This document shows, one piece after another, positions 44,637 through 48,095 of a stretch of 48,095 nt of DNA. A model generated the notes under the pieces. That model saw nothing but the letters and a program-made list of their open reading frames with translations, did not search any database and was not told where the DNA came from. The stretch comes from a virus. Taxonomy: Duplodnaviria; Caudoviricetes. Within the stretch, counting starts at the first letter, position 1. Every line of letters begins with the position of its first letter. The stretch spans positions 1 through 48,095 of the IMG/VR virus record IMGVR_UViG_3300005764_000025; one strand, given 5' to 3'. The position numbers and the translations under genes are program-made.

Positions 44637-44918
44637 ATGATTCAACGAAAGATCGTATTTCGCGTCGAAGAATGGGAGTATCTCAGAACTCACCAACGCT
44701 TGAGGCAAAAGCAGGAAATCTTCGGCCCCAGCTACACGCTACAGGACATGTTTCGTGATGAATTCATCAGCAAGCTTGAGGAGCATCCCGATGAAGGCAT
44801 CACCGTCTCCTCGCCTACCAAAGGATACGTGGCGAAGCGAGAGCCGTTGCCAGTCACTGAATCCGTCGCCAATTCTCCGGAGCGCACCGGACGCGGCCGG
44901 CGGAAGGGGGCCGCATGA
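44637..44918 (+). CDS. Small putative DNA-binding (ribbon-helix-helix-like) protein
   Basis: RKIVFRVEEWEY...TLQDMFRD; first gene of the right-hand operon. Confidence 0.5.
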   Translation: MIQRKIVFRVEEWEYLRTHQRLRQKQEIFGPSYTLQDMFRDEFISKLEEHPDEGITVSSPTKGYVAKREPLPVTESVANSPERTGRGRRKGAA

Positions 44919-45067
44919 ACGTGAACAAACACGATTGCGAACTGTGTCATGCCGCGCCGGGTGTCCGGTGGGCGGATCGACACTGGGCGTGCGAATGGTG
45001 TTTCCGAAACTTCTGTCGCGAACTGACGGCGCGGGAGTGGGCACCATCGCGGAGGGAACTCCGATGA
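44915..45067 (+). CDS. Zinc-finger microprotein (50 aa, not in ORF track)
   Basis: CELC...CEWC; ATGA overlaps at both ends. Confidence 0.55.
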   Translation: MNVNKHDCELCHAAPGVRWADRHWACEWCFRNFCRELTAREWAPSRRELR

Positions 45068-45339
45068 ACGAACTTGAAGCCGTGGACAAGATTATCGATT
45101 CATTCGTGGCCGCGGAGAACAAGCGGCTGATGGCGGAGGTCGAGCGGCTACAGGCGAACATTGCTCGGCTTCTGCAGCTTGTGGGGGCGCGGCCGGCGGT
45201 CTGCTCCGGATGCAAGGCCAACGTGGTCTGGGTCCGCTACTCTTCCGGCAAGAGCGCGATGCACAACCACGATGGCTCAAGCCACTTCAGCACTTGCCCG
45301 TTCGCGAAGGACTTCCGGCACAAGCACGGAGCGGCATGA
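45064..45339 (+). CDS. Coiled-coil plus zinc-binding protein (91 aa)
   Basis: CSGC.A.VVW...SGK...SHFSTCP motif. Confidence 0.7.
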   Translation: MNELEAVDKIIDSFVAAENKRLMAEVERLQANIARLLQLVGARPAVCSGCKANVVWVRYSSGKSAMHNHDGSSHFSTCPFAKDFRHKHGAA

Positions 45340-46457
45340 TGAGCACGCCATCCACGAACCTGGCCGTGATCCCGCCCGCGCCGAATCCGGAAGCGGAACG
45401 GTTCCTTCCGGTGATGGCCGTATTGCAGGCCATTCAGCGCCGCGATGCCGTCGTTGGTTTCACGAAGAGCATCATGCGCGAGGGGAAGGATTTCGGAACG
45501 ATCCCCGGCGTGGACCGCCCGTCGCTTCTGAAACCTGGGGCAGAGAAGCTTTGCAGTTTCTTCGGCCTCGCACCGCAATTCGAGGTGGTCGAGAAGATCG
45601 AGATCTGGGAGGGCGACGAGCTTCTTTTTTACTTCTGGTACAAATGCAAGCTCTTCCGGAACGGAATCCTGATCGCGGAGGGCGACGGCTCCTGCAATTC
45701 CCGCGAGTCGAAATACCGTTATCGCTGGGTGGCCGAAGATCAGATCCCGAAGCATCTGAACAAGGCGCTTCTCCTGAGCCGCGCCGGCCGCATCTCGGAA
45801 TTTGACTTCGCGATCGAGAGAGCGGAGACGAGCGGCAAGTACGGCAAGCCAGCCGCCTACTGGCAGGCTTTCAGGGATGCGATCAAAACCGGGAAGGCCG
45901 TTCGCATCCAGAGGAAGACAGCCCGCGGCATGAGTCCCGGCTGGGAGATCGATTCGACAGTGTACCGCGTGCCGAATCCGGATATCGCGGACCAGATCAA
46001 TACGATCCAGAAGATGAGTCAGAAGCGGGCGCTCGTCGCCGCCGTGCTGGTCGCGTGCAATGCCAGCGAGTTCTTCACCCAGGACGAAGAGGACCAGGAC
46101 GAACAGCCGGATGACGCGCCGGAACCACCGCTGCCGCCACAGAATTTCGACGGGCCACCGCCGGCCAATGATGCGCCGCCGCCAGCGCCATCACAGAAGC
46201 CGCAGATGACGCTCGATCAAGTCCTCGCGACGTTCACGAGCACGAAGGTGATCGAGAGCGCTTTCCAACAGATGAAGGAACACTTTTCGCGCTTCTATAC
46301 CGAAGACGTATATGACCAGATCCTACTGGAGAGCGGACTTGGGCCGGGAGAGGATCGCACAGTAGGCAAAGCGAAGCGGGCGTTCACGGCCCTCTGGCAA
46401 TCGCTCCATAAGGCGATGGAGGAACAGGCGCAACGCGAGAAGGAGCCAGCGGAATGA
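45336..46457 (+). CDS. Putative phage single-strand annealing/recombination protein
   Basis: DFGTIPG..RPSLLKPGAEKL, GSCNSRE.KY, NTIQKMSQKRALVAA; adjacent to Gp157-like gene. Confidence 0.6.
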   Translation: MMSTPSTNLAVIPPAPNPEAERFLPVMAVLQAIQRRDAVVGFTKSIMREGKDFGTIPGVDRPSLLKPGAEKLCSFFGLAPQFEVVEKIEIWEGDELLFYFWYKCKLFRNGILIAEGDGSCNSRESKYRYRWVAEDQIPKHLNKALLLSRAGRISEFDFAIERAETSGKYGKPAAYWQAFRDAIKTGKAVRIQRKTARGMSPGWEIDSTVYRVPNPDIADQINTIQKMSQKRALVAAVLVACNASEFFTQDEEDQDEQPDDAPEPPLPPQNFDGPPPANDAPPPAPSQKPQMTLDQVLATFTSTKVIESAFQQMKEHFSRFYTEDVYDQILLESGLGPGEDRTVGKAKRAFTALWQSLHKAMEEQAQREKEPAE

Positions 46458-47107
46458 GCGAAGAATTTGCCAGCACAAACCAGACATTCTTCGCTATCGC
46501 GGACGAACTCACGATTCGCGACGAAATGAGATCGATGTATGAGGGCCAACTCGGAATGGGTTTGCCGGATGAGGACCGCGAAGAAGTGCTGAAGAAGATC
46601 GCGGAGTTGGACGCGCAAATCGAGCAGATCACTGGCGATCTCGTGCGTAAGGTCGATGGGCTGGCGCACGTCCTGAGGCGTCTCAGCGCCGAAAAGGATT
46701 TCATCCACGATGAACGCGACCGGCTGAAGCAGAAGGAACTCGCGTGTGAACGGGCAGAGAAACATCTGCGCGAGTACACCGTCCGCGTCATGCAGCAGAA
46801 CGGCTGGAATAATTTGAAGACCAGCTTAAATACTCTTTTCATCCGCGGTTCTGAAGCCGTGGAGATCACAGACGGTGGCAAGCTCGATCCCCAGTTCCTG
46901 ATCGCGGAAATGAAGATGCCGCTTTCGCTCTGGCTCTCGATTATGAGCACTCTCCAGCAGTTCGCGCCGGCCGCAGTCGCGCAGGATGCGGCGCTCGTCC
47001 GTGTGAAGACGGAAGCGGCAGTGGGCGCGATACGAAAGGCGCTGAAGAGCGGCATGGATGTGGACGGCGCCGACCTGGCCTTGCATAGCCATTTGGTCTG
47101 TCGCTGA
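46454..47107 (+). CDS. Siphovirus Gp157-family protein
   Basis: KVDGLA.V...E..RL coiled coil; IRKALKSG.DVDGA.L C-terminus. Confidence 0.75.
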   Translation: MSEEFASTNQTFFAIADELTIRDEMRSMYEGQLGMGLPDEDREEVLKKIAELDAQIEQITGDLVRKVDGLAHVLRRLSAEKDFIHDERDRLKQKELACERAEKHLREYTVRVMQQNGWNNLKTSLNTLFIRGSEAVEITDGGKLDPQFLIAEMKMPLSLWLSIMSTLQQFAPAAVAQDAALVRVKTEAAVGAIRKALKSGMDVDGADLALHSHLVCR

Positions 47108-47280
47108 TGAGCGGCCAGAAACAAGACGAGAGCGATGAATGCTCAGTCTGCGGCTGGCGTTGCCTGGAAGCCGTCGCGGACATGCTTCCGACTGGTGTGA
47201 CCTCGCCGGATGGCGGGCTGGAGTGGCGATGGTTTGAGGGCGTCCGCTGCCGGCATTGCGGAGCGGTGGAGGAGAGATGA
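47107..47280 (+). CDS. Zinc-ribbon microprotein (57 aa, not in ORF track)
   Basis: CSVC...CRHC; coupled at both ends. Confidence 0.55.
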   Translation: MSGQKQDESDECSVCGWRCLEAVADMLPTGVTSPDGGLEWRWFEGVRCRHCGAVEER

Positions 47281-48089
47281 TACCGGCCATTGTTGATCAA
47301 ACAGAAGAACGCATCGGCAACTATCGCGTTCATCCGGTGGCAGCAATGTTCCCCCTGATGGAAGGCGAGGCTTACGAAAGCCTAAAGGAATCGATTGAGA
47401 AGAACGGCCAATTGGTGCCTATTGTCCTTTTGGGAAATGTACTACTCGATGGTCGCAATCGCCTACGCATCTGCCTGGAACTGAATAAACAACCGAAGGT
47501 GGAACAGTATCAGGGCGCTTTGGTCCCCGGCGAGTATATATGGCAGATGAATTATGAGCGGCGCGACCTCGATGATGATCAGCGCTTTGAGATCAGCCAA
47601 AAGGCTGCGCCGGTGATTCGGGCGGAGGCGCTTGAACGGCAGCGGACGGCGGCGGCGCAAGGTGGTAAGACGGCGGGACGGGGCCGTCCCAAAAATAGCC
47701 TTGTGACCGAACGATCACAAGGCTATTCGATAAAGATCGAGGATGACAAACCCGCGCCTCCGCCGAAGCCGAAACGGGCTCCGCCTGCTCGGAAGCAACT
47801 GGCCGAGAAGATGGGCGTTTCAGAGCGCAAGGCGCAGCAGTTCCTGAATGTGATGGAGAGCGCGCCGGAATTGCTGGATGACGTTAAAGCGAAGAAGGTG
47901 CCACTGGCGAAAGCTGCGAGAGTCGCTGCAGAGCGGCGCCCCAAGCGGCGCAAACCAAGCTGGAATCTTGACCGCGCAGTGAAGAATGCGCAGAAGTATT
48001 TTACTCGCCTATTCGCCCAGTGCCCCACTGATCAATTGACTCAACTCAAGAAAGCTCTGAAGGAGGTGATCAATGCCACAACGAATTAA
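47277..48089 (+). CDS. ParB/Srx N-terminal domain protein with HTH
   Basis: HPVAAMFPLM...LKESI..NGQLVPI...LLDGRNR...N.ERRDL; LAEKMGVSER. Confidence 0.8.
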   Translation: MIPAIVDQTEERIGNYRVHPVAAMFPLMEGEAYESLKESIEKNGQLVPIVLLGNVLLDGRNRLRICLELNKQPKVEQYQGALVPGEYIWQMNYERRDLDDDQRFEISQKAAPVIRAEALERQRTAAAQGGKTAGRGRPKNSLVTERSQGYSIKIEDDKPAPPPKPKRAPPARKQLAEKMGVSERKAQQFLNVMESAPELLDDVKAKKVPLAKAARVAAERRPKRRKPSWNLDRAVKNAQKYFTRLFAQCPTDQLTQLKKALKEVINATTN

Positions 48090-48095
48090 ATGCCC

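Larger units (their letters stand above)
1..48095. mobile_element. Siphovirus-like phage/prophage genome segment (lambda-type head genes)
   Basis: Terminase, gpW, portal, S49 protease, capsid, tail tube, chaperone frameshift, tape measure, tail tip, fibres and Gp157-like genes; no host housekeeping genes seen. Confidence 0.95.

Noticed and set aside
47104-47135. CTGATGAG...GAAAC after the Gp157 stop codon
   Set aside because: No stem II or stem III pairing; it is simply a TGATG stop-start overlap

Overview
About 48 kb of a tailed dsDNA phage or prophage with lambda-like head genes and a long non-contractile tail. GC is high; the host is unknown, and an Acidobacteria-like soil bacterium is only a guess from protein style. 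Layout: (i) 1-5.7 kb, a leftward terS-terL (GpA-type) operon followed by two signal-peptide proteins; (ii) about 5.8 kb, a lambda cosQ-like GGGTCCT and candidate cos site; (iii) 6.0-15.7 kb, a rightward block of about 25 small genes sitting between terminase and portal; (iv) 15.8-43.8 kb, head, tail and fibre genes with a -1 tail-chaperone frameshift; (v) 44-48 kb, a promoter/operator region and recombination/replication-type genes. Block (iii) is the most unusual part. It has three sigma70-type promoters carrying a palindromic operator, three tandem type I hammerhead ribozymes fused to stop codons with the next gene's Shine-Dalgarno inside stem I, six co-oriented GTAGG-N7-RGGGCTTTTT repeats, GAAC-rich translation leaders and a DarA-C-like protein. 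By cos geometry this block would enter the host first. No integrase, CI repressor or endolysin was recognised. All protein-family calls are from remembered motifs and synteny, not database searches.
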